This document shows, one piece after another, positions 18,379 through 29,735 of a DNA stretch of 64,000 nucleotides. The stretch covers positions 2,816,001-2,880,000 of the forward strand of contig CBDBDQ010000005.1 of assembly GCA_965203905.1 (NCBI GenBank), read 5' to 3'. The position numbers and the translations under genes are program-made. Under the pieces are notes generated by a model. The model ran no database searches. It saw only the letters and a list, made by a program, of their open reading frames with translations, and was not told where the DNA came from. This DNA is from Spirochaetia bacterium. Lineage in GTDB: Bacteria; Spirochaetota; Spirochaetia; SZUA-6; Bin103. Numbering within the stretch: the stretch's first letter is position 1; each line of letters begins with the position of its first letter.

Positions 18379-19365
18379 ATGCAGCACTTCCTGATACGCC
18401 GCGGCCTCTACGTGATCCTCATGCTGGTGCTGGTCTCCATCGTGGGATTCGTGGTGATCAACCTGCCGCCGGGGGACTTCATGGACGCCTACCTGGCGCG
18501 CATGCAGTCGTCGGGCACCGAGGTCGACCGGGAGACGGCCGACAACCTGCGCAGGAACTACGGCCTCGACAAGCCGCTCTACGTGCAGTACCTGATCTGG
18601 TTCTTCGGCGTGGTGCGCGGCGACTTCGGCTGGTCGTTCGACCACCAGATTCCGGTCAGCGACCTGGTCAAGGAGCGCATCGCGCTGACCCTGGTGATCT
18701 CCCTGTGCACCATGATCTTCGTCTACGCGGCGGCGATCCCGATCGGCATCGTCAGCGCCGTGCGGCAGTACTCGCTGACCGACTACACGGTGACCCTGTT
18801 CGGCTTCGTCGGTCTGGCCACGCCCAACTTCCTGCTTGCGCTGCTGCTGATGTACTTCGGGTTTCAGATCTTCGACGCCGACGTCGGCGGCCTGTTCTCC
18901 AACGAGTACGTCAACGCGCCCTGGTCGCTGCCCAAGGTGCTGGACATGCTGCAGCACCTGTGGGTGCCGGTGATCGTGCTCGGCACCGCCGGCACCGCCG
19001 GCATCATCCGCGTGATGCGCGCCACCCTGCTGGACGAGCTGCGCAAGCAGTACGTGATCACCGCCCGCGCCAAGGGGGCGCGCGAGATACACCTGGTGCT
19101 CAAGTACCCGGCGCGGGTGGCGCTGAACCCGATCGTCAGCACGGTCGGCTGGCTGCTGCCGGAGATCATCTCCGGCGCGGCGATCGTGTCGGTGGTGCTG
19201 TCGCTGCCCACCACCGGCCAGCTCCTGCTGCGCGCGCTGCGCACCCAGGACATGTACCTGGCCGGCAGCCTGATCCTGCTGCTGAGCTTCCTCACCGTGA
19301 TCGGCACCCTGATCTCCGACCTGCTGCTGGCGCTGATCGACCCGCGCATCAGGATGCAGTCGTGA
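18379..19365 (+). CDS. ABC transporter permease, OppB/DppB-like
   Basis: NLPPGD, YGLDKP, GDFGWS, EAA loop ITARAKG. Confidence 0.95.
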   Translation: MQHFLIRRGLYVILMLVLVSIVGFVVINLPPGDFMDAYLARMQSSGTEVDRETADNLRRNYGLDKPLYVQYLIWFFGVVRGDFGWSFDHQIPVSDLVKERIALTLVISLCTMIFVYAAAIPIGIVSAVRQYSLTDYTVTLFGFVGLATPNFLLALLLMYFGFQIFDADVGGLFSNEYVNAPWSLPKVLDMLQHLWVPVIVLGTAGTAGIIRVMRATLLDELRKQYVITARAKGAREIHLVLKYPARVALNPIVSTVGWLLPEIISGAAIVSVVLSLPTTGQLLLRALRTQDMYLAGSLILLLSFLTVIGTLISDLLLALIDPRIRMQS

Positions 19366-20531
19366 GCGACGGCCCGGTGCGGGTGCGTGCCGTGGCCGAA
19401 GTGGGCGACGCGGCGTCGCCCGCCGACCCGGCGCCGCCACGCGACCAGAACGAACGCTACTTCATCGCCACCCAGCGGCAGTTGATCTGGCGCGCCTTCA
19501 AGCGCCACCGGCTGGCCCTGATCAGCTCGCTGGCGCTGCTGGTGCTCTACCTGACGATGGCGTTCGCGGAGTTCCTAGGGCCCTACGAGCCGTTCGAGCG
19601 CAACCGCGACGCGCTGCACCATCCGCCCACCCGCATCCACCTGTTCCACGAGGGCCGCTTCATCGGGCCGTTCGTGTACCGTTACGAGCAGACCCTGGAC
19701 ATGGCGACCCTGCGCCGCAACTACGCCGAGGACACCAGCGAGCCGTACCCGATCCGGCTGCTGCACCGCGGCTCCCCGTACCGGATGTGGGGGCTGTTCG
19801 AGGGCGACCTGCACCTGTTCGGGGCCGACGAGCCGGGCAGGGTGTACCTGCTCGGCACCGACGACCTGGGCCGCGACATGTTCTCGCGTATCACCCAGGC
19901 GAGCCGCATCTCGCTCTCCATCGGCCTGGTGGGGGTGGCGCTGAGCTTCCTGCTGGGGGCGACGCTGGGGGCGGTCTCCGGCTATTTCGGCGGCGCGGTC
20001 GACACCGCGATCCAGCGCATCATCGAGCTGCTGCGCTCGGTGCCCACCATCCCGCTGTGGATGGGGCTGGCGGCGGCGATCCCCCCGGCGTGGTCGATGC
20101 AGAAGCGCTACTTCGGCATCACCGTGATCATCTCGCTGGTGGCGTGGACCAGCCTGGCGCGGGTGGTGCGCGGCAAGTTCCTGGAGTTGCGCGAGGCCGA
20201 CTTCGTGGCGGCCGGGCGGCTCGCCGGCGCCACCGACGCCAAGATCATCCTGACCCACATGCTGCCGGGGTTCATGAGCTACCTGATCGTCAACGCGACC
20301 CTGGCGATCCCCAACATGATCCTGGGCGAGACCAGCCTGAGCTTCCTCGGGCTGGGCCTGCAGCGTCCGGTGCTGAGCTGGGGCGTGCTGCTGCAGAACG
20401 CGCAGAACGTGCGCACCATGGCGGTGTTTCCCTGGATGATGACCCCGGTGCTGTTCGTGATCGCGGCGGTGCTGCTGTTCAACTTCGTGGGCGACGGCCT
20501 CCGTGATGCTGCCGACCCCTACAAGAGATAG
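19362..20531 (+). CDS. ABC transporter permease, OppC/DppC-like
   Basis: GTGA overlap with the upstream stop; LLGTDDLGRD, ETSLSFLGLG, GDGLRDAADP. Confidence 0.95.
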   Translation: MSDGPVRVRAVAEVGDAASPADPAPPRDQNERYFIATQRQLIWRAFKRHRLALISSLALLVLYLTMAFAEFLGPYEPFERNRDALHHPPTRIHLFHEGRFIGPFVYRYEQTLDMATLRRNYAEDTSEPYPIRLLHRGSPYRMWGLFEGDLHLFGADEPGRVYLLGTDDLGRDMFSRITQASRISLSIGLVGVALSFLLGATLGAVSGYFGGAVDTAIQRIIELLRSVPTIPLWMGLAAAIPPAWSMQKRYFGITVIISLVAWTSLARVVRGKFLELREADFVAAGRLAGATDAKIILTHMLPGFMSYLIVNATLAIPNMILGETSLSFLGLGLQRPVLSWGVLLQNAQNVRTMAVFPWMMTPVLFVIAAVLLFNFVGDGLRDAADPYKR

Positions 20532-20554
20532 CGGACGGCGGAGTTCACCGCCAC

Positions 20555-21709
20555 ATGCCGCGTACCTACAAGCTCCTCCTCCACGACACGGTGCGGTCGC
20601 ACGTGGTCTCCCTCGGGCGCCGCGCGCGGCGGCGTCTGCGCGAAAAGCTGGATCTGCTGCAGGAAGGCATGTGGGAAGGCGGCCTGCGGGTCAAGAAGCT
20701 CAGGGGCAGCGGCCGCGCCGTGTTCGAGGCGCGGCTCAGCCACGGCGACCGCATCCTGTTCACCCTGGGACAGCCGCCCGCCGACAACGGCGACGGGGTG
20801 ACCCGCATCTACGTGTGGGGCGTGGAGAAGCACGACGACGTGACGGCCGCGGCGCAGCGCATCGTGCCCGGCAACGCCCCCTTTCTCGACTTCCAGCCCG
20901 ACGCCGTGGAGGAGCTGCCGGAGGAGGTGTTCGTCGACGACTTCGAACCGGCGTACTTCTCGCCTGCCCTCGACCGGCCGGTGCCGGCACACGACACTGC
21001 CGCTCCGCCCGACGCGGGACCGCAGCGCTGGCTGGTGGTGGACGATGAGGAGTGGCGGCGCCTGCAGACGGCGCACGCCAGCGACCACGTGGAGCTGTAC
21101 CTGTTCCTGACCCGCGAGCAGGCGCGTCTGCTGCACAGCGAACCGCCGCTGCTGCTGTCCGGCACCGCCGGCAGCGGCAAGACCACCATCGCGGTCTACT
21201 TCCTGTTGCGAAACCGGGTGCGCCAACTCACGGCTGGCACCGGCGCACCGGCGCTCGCCCCCGAGGCGCGTGGTGGCGGCGAGCGGGCCCTGTTTCTCAC
21301 CTACAGCGCGCATCTGAAGCGGCTGTCGGAGCGCATCTACCGCGGCCTGGTCAGGGCCACGGAGCTGGAGCGTGCGCCGCACGCGGTGCGCTTCGCCACC
21401 TTCGGCGAGCTGCTGGCGGAGATCGTCGGCCACGGCGGCGGGGAGCGGTGGCGGGCGCCACCGTCCGGGCTGGCCGAGTTCCACACCATCTACGGGAATC
21501 TGCCGCGCGCGGCACGCCACGACCCGGAGCTGGTGTGGGAGGAGATCCGGGCCATCATCAAGGGTGCCAAGCCGCCGGTGAGCCGGCGCCGGTTTGCGGA
21601 GCTGGCGGCACGGTTCCAGGCCGCCCAGGCGTCGCAACGCGAGCGCGGCGAGCTGGCGGAGTACGTGGTGCGGCTGGCCAACCTGGAGCTCGGCGGCAAG
21701 CTAGCGTAA
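20555..21709 (+). pseudogene. RelE-helicase-TPR protein copy 2, N-terminal 384 aa only
   Basis: Colinear with copy 1 up to NLELG, then an abrupt switch to an AT-rich IS end and a stop; keeps the RelE-like domain and Walker A, lacks Walker B onward. Confidence 0.9.
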
Positions 21710-22295
21710 GTTGATCGTTTTTTTGAGGTATTTTGTTTCTGTGACGCAATTTGTCATTTTTGTTTGTCACTACAATCGACTCCTCCGTAGCGGCGCCGGG
21801 GTGGCCGCTATACGCAGCGCCCGGTAGATCTTGCGGTGCACCAACTCCGGCTGTGACGGCCGCCGCACCCGTAGTACCGTCCCGTCGGTGCACTGGTGCA
21901 CAATGGTTACCATCTGATGGGTTGACAACAGGTCGCGAATCGTCGGCCAGGAACGATGGTCGCCGTGCTCCTGCAGGCGCCGTTCGATGGTGTGCAACAG
22001 GTGGTAGGCCAGCAACGAGATGAAAATGTGCGCGTCCGCCCGTTCGGTACGCTGGTGGAACACCGGACGCAGCCCCAAGTTGCTCTTCAAGTAGCGAAAC
22101 GACCGTTCGATGCGCGCCAGCAGAACGTACAGCTTCCACAGTTCGGCTTCCGTCAAGTCGGTGCGATCGGTGCGCAACAGATAGGTCCCGTCCAGCTCCT
22201 CGGCGAGTTGCTGTGCGGCGTTCTTGCTGGCCCACCTGACTTCCGTTCGACCCTCGTCATCAATGTGCATCTGCACCGTGTAATGCACATATCGT
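21705..22295 (-). mobile_element. IS1634-family transposase 3' remnant with element end
   Basis: LDGTYLLRTD...IERSFRYLKSNLGLRPVFHQ...AHIFISLLAY (ORF ends 21770); AT-rich terminal segment abuts copy 2. Confidence 0.85.
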
Positions 22296-22635
22296 GAGCC
22301 GCCGTCGTCTAATCCCTCTTGGTTTGCCACGGCGCCGCTCCCTATCGCGATACTCAGCACTGGAGCACGAGCGCATGTGCGACGCTCTCGTAGCGCCGCG
22401 CGTGTGCCGCCTGGCGCGAATCACCTGTGCCGCGTTGCGAGCGCAGGCCTTCGCATCGCAAATCAACAGCCGGACGGCGGGCTCCAGTGCTACGCGACGC
22501 GCCCGAGCCGTACCGTAGGGGCACCGAAAAGTGGTCAAGTCGGCCTTGCGCCAGTTAATGCATGTATGTATCCTCAATCATCTGGTGTGGTCTGGACAGC
22601 TGCGCCAGCGATGCTCTGCCTAAAGGGGGTGGACA

Positions 22636-23250
22636 ATGGGCCATACACTACAACAGCGCAAAAGGACTACGCTCCCCACGATAGGGTGGCGGTCAATGGT
22701 GGCGTCTGTGGTCGCCACGTTTGCCATGGACGAGGCCGATGCGCGCAGACTTGAAGACAATAACGCGGCCCAGCTGATTGGCGCCTTGCCGTTCCTGGCC
22801 GGTTGCGCTCATCCCGAGCGCACGGCGCTGAGCCATCTCACCACTCTCATCGCGGCATCCCGCAACCCACACGTATTCGGTCAGAAACCGAGCGAGTCGA
22901 TTCGAGATCGCTTGCGGCCGATCGAGACGTTCGAGAATGGCGATCGAGATATCATCGAGCGTGGCATGACGCTGCTCGAGCTGGCCTCCCTAAGCCGCGC
23001 CATTCTTGCCACACCCGCCTGCGACGGCCGTCGCGACCGCGACCACCGCCAACCCCTCGCCCTCGTACTGATCAGTCACGACCCCGACGCGGCTCGCAGT
23101 GCTTTACGCTCGTTCGGGTTCTCGATTACTGTTCCTATCACTCGGGGGGGGGGGGGGGGGGGGGGATACAATCCCGTACTCCACAATCTCCATAAGAGGG
23201 ACTGTGGATTACTGCGGAGCCGAGGAAACGAGAAGTGGTGCATCGGGTAG
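22636..23250 (+). pseudogene. Hypothetical protein, probably chimeric or degraded
   Basis: Protein-like N-terminal part (LIGALPFLAGC..PERTAL..GDRDIIERGM); composition changes after ~22990; reads through the G22 run. Confidence 0.45.
23144..23165 (+). repeat. G22 homopolymer
   Basis: 22 consecutive G counted directly. Confidence 0.95.
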
Positions 23251-23446
23251 GGCAGGTGGTGACGCCGTCGAGCGGTAGATCCGTGCATCGGAGGAGGTGA
23301 TGAGGAACTAAACGTAAGCGTGTTCGAGGCGGTGGATCCTATCAGCTAGCACCGCAGCCACGGTTCCAAGAGGGAATCGAGGCCATCATTATTAAGGAGG
23401 ATTTTATCTTGATAAAATCGCATATTCTTGAGCAAGGAGAGTTCAT

Positions 23447-25372
23447 ATGAAAAAAATCACTTTGGGTTTCGTTGTCCTTCTGTTGTGTATGAGTGTGCTA
23501 ACTTATGCCGGCGGAACTCAGGACGCATCGGAAGAGCAAACAGCAACAGCAGCAGTGCCAGCAGGGAAGTACAATGAGGCACCGATGCTTGCGGAGCGAG
23601 TGGCAAGGGGTGAGCTTCCGCCTGTGGATGAACGGTTGCCTATAAACCCCTTAGTTCTTACCAAAGAAAGAAACATGGCACCTGACGGGTCACTCGATTA
23701 TGAAATCGGAACATATGGCGGAACCCTGAGAACTATACATCTTCAACCAAGAGGGACCTTTGTAGTATCTGCCATGGCTAAAGAGACATTGTTAAATCGT
23801 CCTGGTTACAACTTGGCAGACCCTCTTACGCCGCACTTAATGGAAGATTTTTCGGTCAATGCGGACAATACGGTTTTTACTTTTCGTATTAGAGAAGGCA
23901 TGAAGTGGTCTGACGGCGTTCCCGTGACAACCGAAGACGTGCAGTTTTATTATGAGGATTTCTATCTCAATAAAGATGTGATCCCCAATGTTTGGATGGA
24001 TCTTAGATCGGGCACAACGCCCCTCGGCGAGCCGTTAACAATTGAGGTTGATGATCAATACACTTATAGGATCATCTTCTCTGAGCCAACACCTCAGTTC
24101 CTTGATCTAAATAACAAGCCGTGGAGTTCTGTTAGAAAGTTTCCCTTGCTTCCCGCGCACTACCTTACGCAGTTTCATCCAAACCACATCTCAGAGCAGG
24201 AGCTGATGAATCAGATCAAGGCGGTTGGACTGGCAAACAGAGAAGACTGGGTCAAGATGTTTCATGCGCGTACTCATCGCGAAAACTGGGATATACCCTC
24301 AGTGATAGGAAGTCCCGTGATCCACCCGTGGATTCTGACGGAAGCGACTCCAACAACAATTGTGAAGGAGAGGAATCCCTACTATTGGAAAGTAGATACC
24401 GCAGGGAATCAGCTTCCGTATATCGACCGAATTGTTAGCACAAAAGTTGAGGACGCGGAAGCTGCTAATTTAAAAATCATAGCGGGAGAGGTAGATCTGG
24501 ACGATATGTTGCCTGCAATCAACTCCCTCCCGTTATATTTGGAGCATGCAGACAGAGCGGGATATCAAGTGGCGCCCATGGCACTGCCCTTCAATCGCAT
24601 AAGTATTTATATGAACTTTGCTCATGAGGATCCCGTATGGAATGAGGTGACCGACGACGTGCGTTTCAGAAGGGCGGTTACCTATGCAATCGATTCCGAA
24701 GATATCAGGCAAAGCGTGTACTATGGATTCGGTGAGCTTCCTCAATGGGTACCCGGTGAGTATGATCCTAACCAGGCCAATGCGCTTCTTGACGAAGCGG
24801 GTCTAGACGAGCGAGATTCCGATGGATGGCGGCTCGGACCAGACGGCAATCGATTCGATGTACCGTTCGAGATTCATGCCCGGTATCCAGATAGAGTACC
24901 GGTGACAGAGCTCGTTGTCGATCATTTAAGAGCCGTGGGTTTGCACGCAAGCTTCAAAGTGATTGATCTGAGTCTATTCGATCAGCGGCTCGAGGCCAAT
25001 CAACCGAAGATAACTGTAGACAGTGATGAAAATGTAACGCTCTATGCATTCGGTCATGCGAAACGATTCTTGCACGGGCGATTTTCCAGTTATCGAAGCT
25101 GGGTCGATACAGGCGGAGTGGAAGGAACAAGGCCGCACGACTGGTGGCTGGAATTGCTAGATCTGGGACTTAAAATGGGTCCCGGGCTTGCGTGGGATGA
25201 AGACGTATATCAGGAGTTTAGGAGCAAGTTTTACGACTACATTCCCCTTATTCACATTCTGCATGATCCGCCGCAGCCTGTTATTATAAACAGTAAGTTG
25301 GGCAATATCTTTACCGAGGGTGTTTCGCAGTGGCTTACTTATTCTGGAGAGCAACTATTCTTTAAAGAATAG
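23447..25372 (+). CDS. ABC substrate-binding protein family 5 (OppA-like), lower GC
   Basis: AAGGAG RBS; MKKI...YAGGTQD signal; KYNEAPML, KWSDGVP, ERNPYYWKVDTAGNQLPYID. Confidence 0.93.
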   Translation: MKKITLGFVVLLLCMSVLTYAGGTQDASEEQTATAAVPAGKYNEAPMLAERVARGELPPVDERLPINPLVLTKERNMAPDGSLDYEIGTYGGTLRTIHLQPRGTFVVSAMAKETLLNRPGYNLADPLTPHLMEDFSVNADNTVFTFRIREGMKWSDGVPVTTEDVQFYYEDFYLNKDVIPNVWMDLRSGTTPLGEPLTIEVDDQYTYRIIFSEPTPQFLDLNNKPWSSVRKFPLLPAHYLTQFHPNHISEQELMNQIKAVGLANREDWVKMFHARTHRENWDIPSVIGSPVIHPWILTEATPTTIVKERNPYYWKVDTAGNQLPYIDRIVSTKVEDAEAANLKIIAGEVDLDDMLPAINSLPLYLEHADRAGYQVAPMALPFNRISIYMNFAHEDPVWNEVTDDVRFRRAVTYAIDSEDIRQSVYYGFGELPQWVPGEYDPNQANALLDEAGLDERDSDGWRLGPDGNRFDVPFEIHARYPDRVPVTELVVDHLRAVGLHASFKVIDLSLFDQRLEANQPKITVDSDENVTLYAFGHAKRFLHGRFSSYRSWVDTGGVEGTRPHDWWLELLDLGLKMGPGLAWDEDVYQEFRSKFYDYIPLIHILHDPPQPVIINSKLGNIFTEGVSQWLTYSGEQLFFKE

Positions 25373-25402
25373 CAGTATTTCCGATAAGATCGTGTTTTGA
25401 GG

Positions 25403-25440
25403 GTAGGGCACCGATTACATGCGGTGCCCTACTTGTTTAT
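25403..25440 (+). terminator. Stem-loop after the binding-protein gene (terminator or mRNA stabiliser)
   Basis: GTAGGGCACCG-8nt-CGGTGCCCTAC perfect 11-bp stem followed by TTGTTTAT. Confidence 0.75.
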
Positions 25441-25480
25441 AGAATAGTCATATCGCCCATCGCCAATCAGGAGCAATGAA

Positions 25481-26482
25481 GTGCTGTTGTCCTACATTAT
25501 TCGTCGCACTTTACAGTTTATTCCGCTTCTCATTTTTGTATCTATAATAAGTTATGTTATAATTGAGCTCCCTCCCGGCGATATACTGACTATTCATATT
25601 AAGAGCCTTGAGGAACAGGGTGATATTCTGTCACTCGCACAAGTCGAAAACCTGAAGGAGTTTTATGGCTTAGATCAGCCGATGTACGTTCGCTATTTCA
25701 AGTGGATTACAAATATCTTATTTAAAGGCAACTTCGGTTGGTCGTTTGCGTATCAACAGGCGGTGTCCGACCTAATAGGCGACCGAATAGCAACGACCAT
25801 GCTGTTATCCATTACCACTATTGTTTTCACCTACATTGTTGCAATCCCAATAGGAATATTGTCAGCCGTGCGACAGTATTCACCCTTTGATTATTTTTTT
25901 ACATCTGTCGGATTTATCGGTTTGGCAATGCCGAATTTCCTTCTTGCCCTGGTTCTCTTGTGGATCTCGTTTAAGCATTTCGGCATTGCTATTACCGGGC
26001 TTTTCTCTCCTGAATATGTTGATGCCCCTTGGAGCTTGGCGAAGCTAGGGGATCTATTCCAGCACATCTGGGTTGCCGTCGTTGTTATCGGTACGGCCGG
26101 CATGGCCGGGCTCATCCGCGTTCTCAGAGGAAGCTTGTTAGACGAGCTTCGAAAACAGTACGTTATCACTGGCCGAGCGAAGGGGCTTGCTGAAACGAAG
26201 CTTCTCTTCAAATATCCCGTTCGCATCGCTCTGAATCCCGTTATAAGCGGATTAGGTTGGTTGCTCCCCGCGACGATTTCCGGGGCTACAATTACTTCTG
26301 TCGTCCTGAACCTGCCAACAACGGGACCGCTTCTCTTAGCCGCCTTATTATCCCAAGATATGTTCCTTGCTGGGAGTATCGTGATGATACTCAGTTTTTT
26401 GATACTCACAGGAAACCTTCTTTCCGACATCATCCTGGCATTGGTTGATCCACGGATCGAATTCGGAGGAATAGAGGGATGA
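25481..26482 (+). CDS. ABC permease, OppB-like
   Basis: ELPPGD, YGLDQP, GNFGWS, ITGRAKG. Confidence 0.95.
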   Translation: MLLSYIIRRTLQFIPLLIFVSIISYVIIELPPGDILTIHIKSLEEQGDILSLAQVENLKEFYGLDQPMYVRYFKWITNILFKGNFGWSFAYQQAVSDLIGDRIATTMLLSITTIVFTYIVAIPIGILSAVRQYSPFDYFFTSVGFIGLAMPNFLLALVLLWISFKHFGIAITGLFSPEYVDAPWSLAKLGDLFQHIWVAVVVIGTAGMAGLIRVLRGSLLDELRKQYVITGRAKGLAETKLLFKYPVRIALNPVISGLGWLLPATISGATITSVVLNLPTTGPLLLAALLSQDMFLAGSIVMILSFLILTGNLLSDIILALVDPRIEFGGIEG

Positions 26483-27588
26483 AGAATAGGAAGGAGCAAA
26501 AGGTAGATAGCTACTACGTAGCCTCGCAATGGCGGCTGATGTGGCTCAAGCTGAAGAAGCATAAGCTGGCCATGTTCTCAGCGGTCGTTTTGGCATGCTT
26601 ATATTTTGTGGCAATATTCTGCGAGATGATAAGTCCGTTCACACCTAATGAACGGTTCCGAGAATATACGAGCTCCCCTCCAAATGCTATCCGTTTATTT
26701 AGTATGGACAATGGCTTTAGGCTTTCTCCCTACGTGGTAGGGCTGGAACGAGAGAGAGATCCTAAGACGCTGAGATTTATCTATGTTCCAAATGAGGCTC
26801 GGAAGTATCCGGTTTCCCTATTTTCTAGAGGCAGCACATACAAATTTTGGGGATTATTTGAGACCGATGTGCATCTATTTGCGTCAGAAGCGGGCGCGCC
26901 GTTGTTTCTGTTCGGCACGGACCGCTTGGGCAGAGATCTCTTTACGCGGATTGTATATGCATCTCGCATTTCTCTTTCGGTCGGACTGATCGGGGTCTTT
27001 CTCAGCACTTTTTTTGGAATACTGTTGGGCGGTATTGCAGGATATTTTGGCGGCACGGTGGATACCATAGTCATGCGCACGGTTGATCTACTAGCCTCCT
27101 TGCCGGCTATACCACTTTGGATGGCATTGGCTGCCGCAGTGCCCGCGGATTGGTCAGTTGTAGCGACTTATTTTGCAATAACGATCATCCTATCGCTACT
27201 TGGCTGGGTCAGGCTTGCGCGCGTCGTGCGAGGCAAGTTTCTCTCGCTTCGCAATGAAGATTTCGTGATGGCGGCAAAGGTATCGGCAGCACCCCAACTA
27301 GCAATAATATTCCGGCACTTAATACCTTCGTTTCTCAGCTATATTCTGGTTTCACTTACTTTGGAGATACCCGGAATGATTCTCGGAGAGACGGCCCTAA
27401 GTTTCTTAGGATTAGGTATGCAAGCCCCCGCTGTCAGTTGGGGAACTCTCTTGCGGGATGCACAAAGTCTGCAAGCCATTTCACAGCAATCTTGGGTGCT
27501 CATGCCGTGCATCTTTGTGATTGTCACCGTAATGATGTTTAACTTTTTTGGTGACGGACTCCGAGATGCTGCGGATCCGTACAGGTAA
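26479..27588 (+). CDS. ABC permease, OppC-like
   Basis: ATGA overlap; LFGTDRLGRD, ETALSFLGLG, GDGLRDAADP. Confidence 0.95.
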   Translation: MKNRKEQKVDSYYVASQWRLMWLKLKKHKLAMFSAVVLACLYFVAIFCEMISPFTPNERFREYTSSPPNAIRLFSMDNGFRLSPYVVGLERERDPKTLRFIYVPNEARKYPVSLFSRGSTYKFWGLFETDVHLFASEAGAPLFLFGTDRLGRDLFTRIVYASRISLSVGLIGVFLSTFFGILLGGIAGYFGGTVDTIVMRTVDLLASLPAIPLWMALAAAVPADWSVVATYFAITIILSLLGWVRLARVVRGKFLSLRNEDFVMAAKVSAAPQLAIIFRHLIPSFLSYILVSLTLEIPGMILGETALSFLGLGMQAPAVSWGTLLRDAQSLQAISQQSWVLMPCIFVIVTVMMFNFFGDGLRDAADPYR

Positions 27589-27710
27589 GGTCACATCCCA
27601 ATGACGCATTACGCTACGCATTTGGCGCTAAAGTCCGCAGCTTGCCGCAAAACGACGGAGAGGAGCGATATGGGCGTCGTGGGACCACGGCATAACGGAA
27701 GGAGAAACGG

Positions 27711-27830
27711 ATGGACCTTGGACTGAAGAACAAAGTGGCTGGTGTAACCGGCTCGAGCAGGGGAATTGGGCGAGCAATCGCGCATAAGCTTGCCGAGGAG
27801 GGATGCCATGTAAGCCTGTGCGCCCGTACT
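27711..27830 (+). pseudogene. Short-chain dehydrogenase/reductase N-terminal fragment
   Basis: AAGGAG RBS; [39 protein letters not shown], then similarity stops. Confidence 0.85.
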
Positions 27831-27837
27831 ATTGGAC

Positions 27838-28003
27838 CTAGTCTCACCCCGCAGGATGCTCAGCACCAGCGCGGAGCGCCTCTTGGCCGTCCTGCGCTGC
27901 ACTGACTCCGCCCCTCTCTCCTCTTTCTCTGTCACGGCTTCCACCCTTCCTCCTCATGCTTACCATCTGTCTTAAGGGTGGCTCTCCGTTTCTGGGAGCA
28001 GCA
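27838..28003 (-). mobile_element. IS3-family (DUF1153-type OrfA) left-end remnant
   Basis: [21 protein letters not shown] resembles OrfA; candidate left end TGCTGCTCCCAGAAACGGAGAGCCACC at 28003. Confidence 0.65.
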
Positions 28004-28144
28004 TTTCGCGTCAATTGTGGCAATAAATCGGCTTTTTTGCTGTAATGATGCGAAAATTGCTTGCAAATTTTGCCGTATAGCGTACACTATATTGATTGCT
28101 ATATTTGTTATTGCATTTTAGTCAGTAGTTGGGGCCCGAAAGAG

Positions 28145-29605
28145 ATGAACAATCCGAATCTTCTTTTTATCTACACAGACGAACAGGCATTCAACACTCT
28201 TGAGGCCTATGGCAACTCCGAGATCTCCATGCCGAATCTCAATCGGCTTGCCGAACGGTCAGTGGTATTCGACCAGGCCTATGTCACGCAGCCGGTTTGC
28301 ACACCGTCGCGCTCGACACTGCTGACGGGTCTTTACCCGCACACAAATGGCTGCACAGCGAACAATGTGCCGCTTCGACCGGAGACACGGTGCCTGCCGG
28401 AAATGCTCGCCGGCGGAGACTACGTGACCGCTCACTTCGGCAAATGGCATCTGGGCGATGAACTCTACGCCCAACACGGTTTTGGTGAATGGATCGGAAT
28501 CGAGGACGGCTATAACCAATACAACGGCAAAGGTAAAGACCGGAGTATTCGTTCCGGCTACCATCATTACCTGATAGAATGCGGCCTTGCTCCACGGAAT
28601 GGTAAGACATTCAGTCGAGAGGAGGCCGCACGACTCCCGGAAGAACACGGCAAACCGGCATTTCTCGCTCGCGAAGCATCTCGTTTCATCCGTGCAAATA
28701 GAAATGACCCTTTCGCTCTGTATGTAAACTTCCTTGAGCCGCACATGCCTTACTTTGGGCCACGGGACAATCAGTATGACCCTCGAACAATCCCCTTGCC
28801 GCCGAACTTCGACGCAGTATTAGATGACTCGCAGCCCCTGAAGGCTCGCGCATTCGCGCAAGCCTATCGCGAATGGGGCCATAGCGGCATGCCGTTGCGG
28901 ACCCCGGAAGACTGGCGACGCCTGATCGCTAACTACTGGGGCCTCTGCAGTCTTATCGACACACATATCGGCACTATTCTCAATACGCTGGAGGAATCGG
29001 GCATGAGTGACAATACCATCGTGGTATTCACCTCCGATCATGGCGATATGATGGGAAGTCATGGTCTGACAGCGAAAAGCGTGATGTTCGAAGAGGCTGT
29101 CCGTGTTCCGTTGATGATTCGTCTTCCCAACCAGGATCAGGGGAAGCACGTCAGCGGACCAGTCAGCCATATTGATGTCGTCCCCACGCTACTTGATTTA
29201 ATGAACCAACCGATACCACCGCACCTGCAGGGAAAGAGTCTCCGTGGACTACTTGAGACCGAAAAAGCAACCAGCACTGGGAGTGTCTTCATTGAATGGA
29301 ATGGTCACAACACCGGCTTCGTGGGAGAAGAATGGGGCAGCTTCCCGATGCCTTCCGCGCTCGAAGGAGTGGTTTCACGCGAGGAAGTGGAGACGGCCGT
29401 TTCCGACCCGGTTCGGACCGTGGTCACACCCGACGGGTGGAAATTGAACCATAGTCAACGCGGAGAGCACGAACTCTATGACCTGTCCTCGGATCCCGGA
29501 GAGACAGAGAACTTGTTCTACCGAACGGAGAGCGCGCCCATTGTGGATAGACTGAAGGAAGAGATTGCCCGGTGGCAGAAGCGCACGGGCGACGCCAAAT
29601 GGTAA
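28145..29605 (+). CDS. Formylglycine-dependent sulfatase
   Basis: PNLLFIYTDE, CTPSRSTLLTGLYP (CxPxR), GKWHLG, FTSDHGD, ELYDLSSDPGE. Confidence 0.95.
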   Translation: MNNPNLLFIYTDEQAFNTLEAYGNSEISMPNLNRLAERSVVFDQAYVTQPVCTPSRSTLLTGLYPHTNGCTANNVPLRPETRCLPEMLAGGDYVTAHFGKWHLGDELYAQHGFGEWIGIEDGYNQYNGKGKDRSIRSGYHHYLIECGLAPRNGKTFSREEAARLPEEHGKPAFLAREASRFIRANRNDPFALYVNFLEPHMPYFGPRDNQYDPRTIPLPPNFDAVLDDSQPLKARAFAQAYREWGHSGMPLRTPEDWRRLIANYWGLCSLIDTHIGTILNTLEESGMSDNTIVVFTSDHGDMMGSHGLTAKSVMFEEAVRVPLMIRLPNQDQGKHVSGPVSHIDVVPTLLDLMNQPIPPHLQGKSLRGLLETEKATSTGSVFIEWNGHNTGFVGEEWGSFPMPSALEGVVSREEVETAVSDPVRTVVTPDGWKLNHSQRGEHELYDLSSDPGETENLFYRTESAPIVDRLKEEIARWQKRTGDAKW

Positions 29606-29735
29606 AAGAGCCGCTTCGTGAAGAGCCCATACGTCGTAAGTGCTCGACGGAATGAGGAATACTACTCGCCAGTGGTAAAAGACTAAAGCGTATTTGCGTT
29701 GCACTATATGTGGAAATCAAATAAAGCCCAATGAA

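Noticed and set aside
18300-19361. N-terminal extension of OppC (743-aa ORF)
   Set aside because: The TTG is the -35 box, the extension overlaps oppB out of frame, and the real start is the GTGA overlap at 19362.
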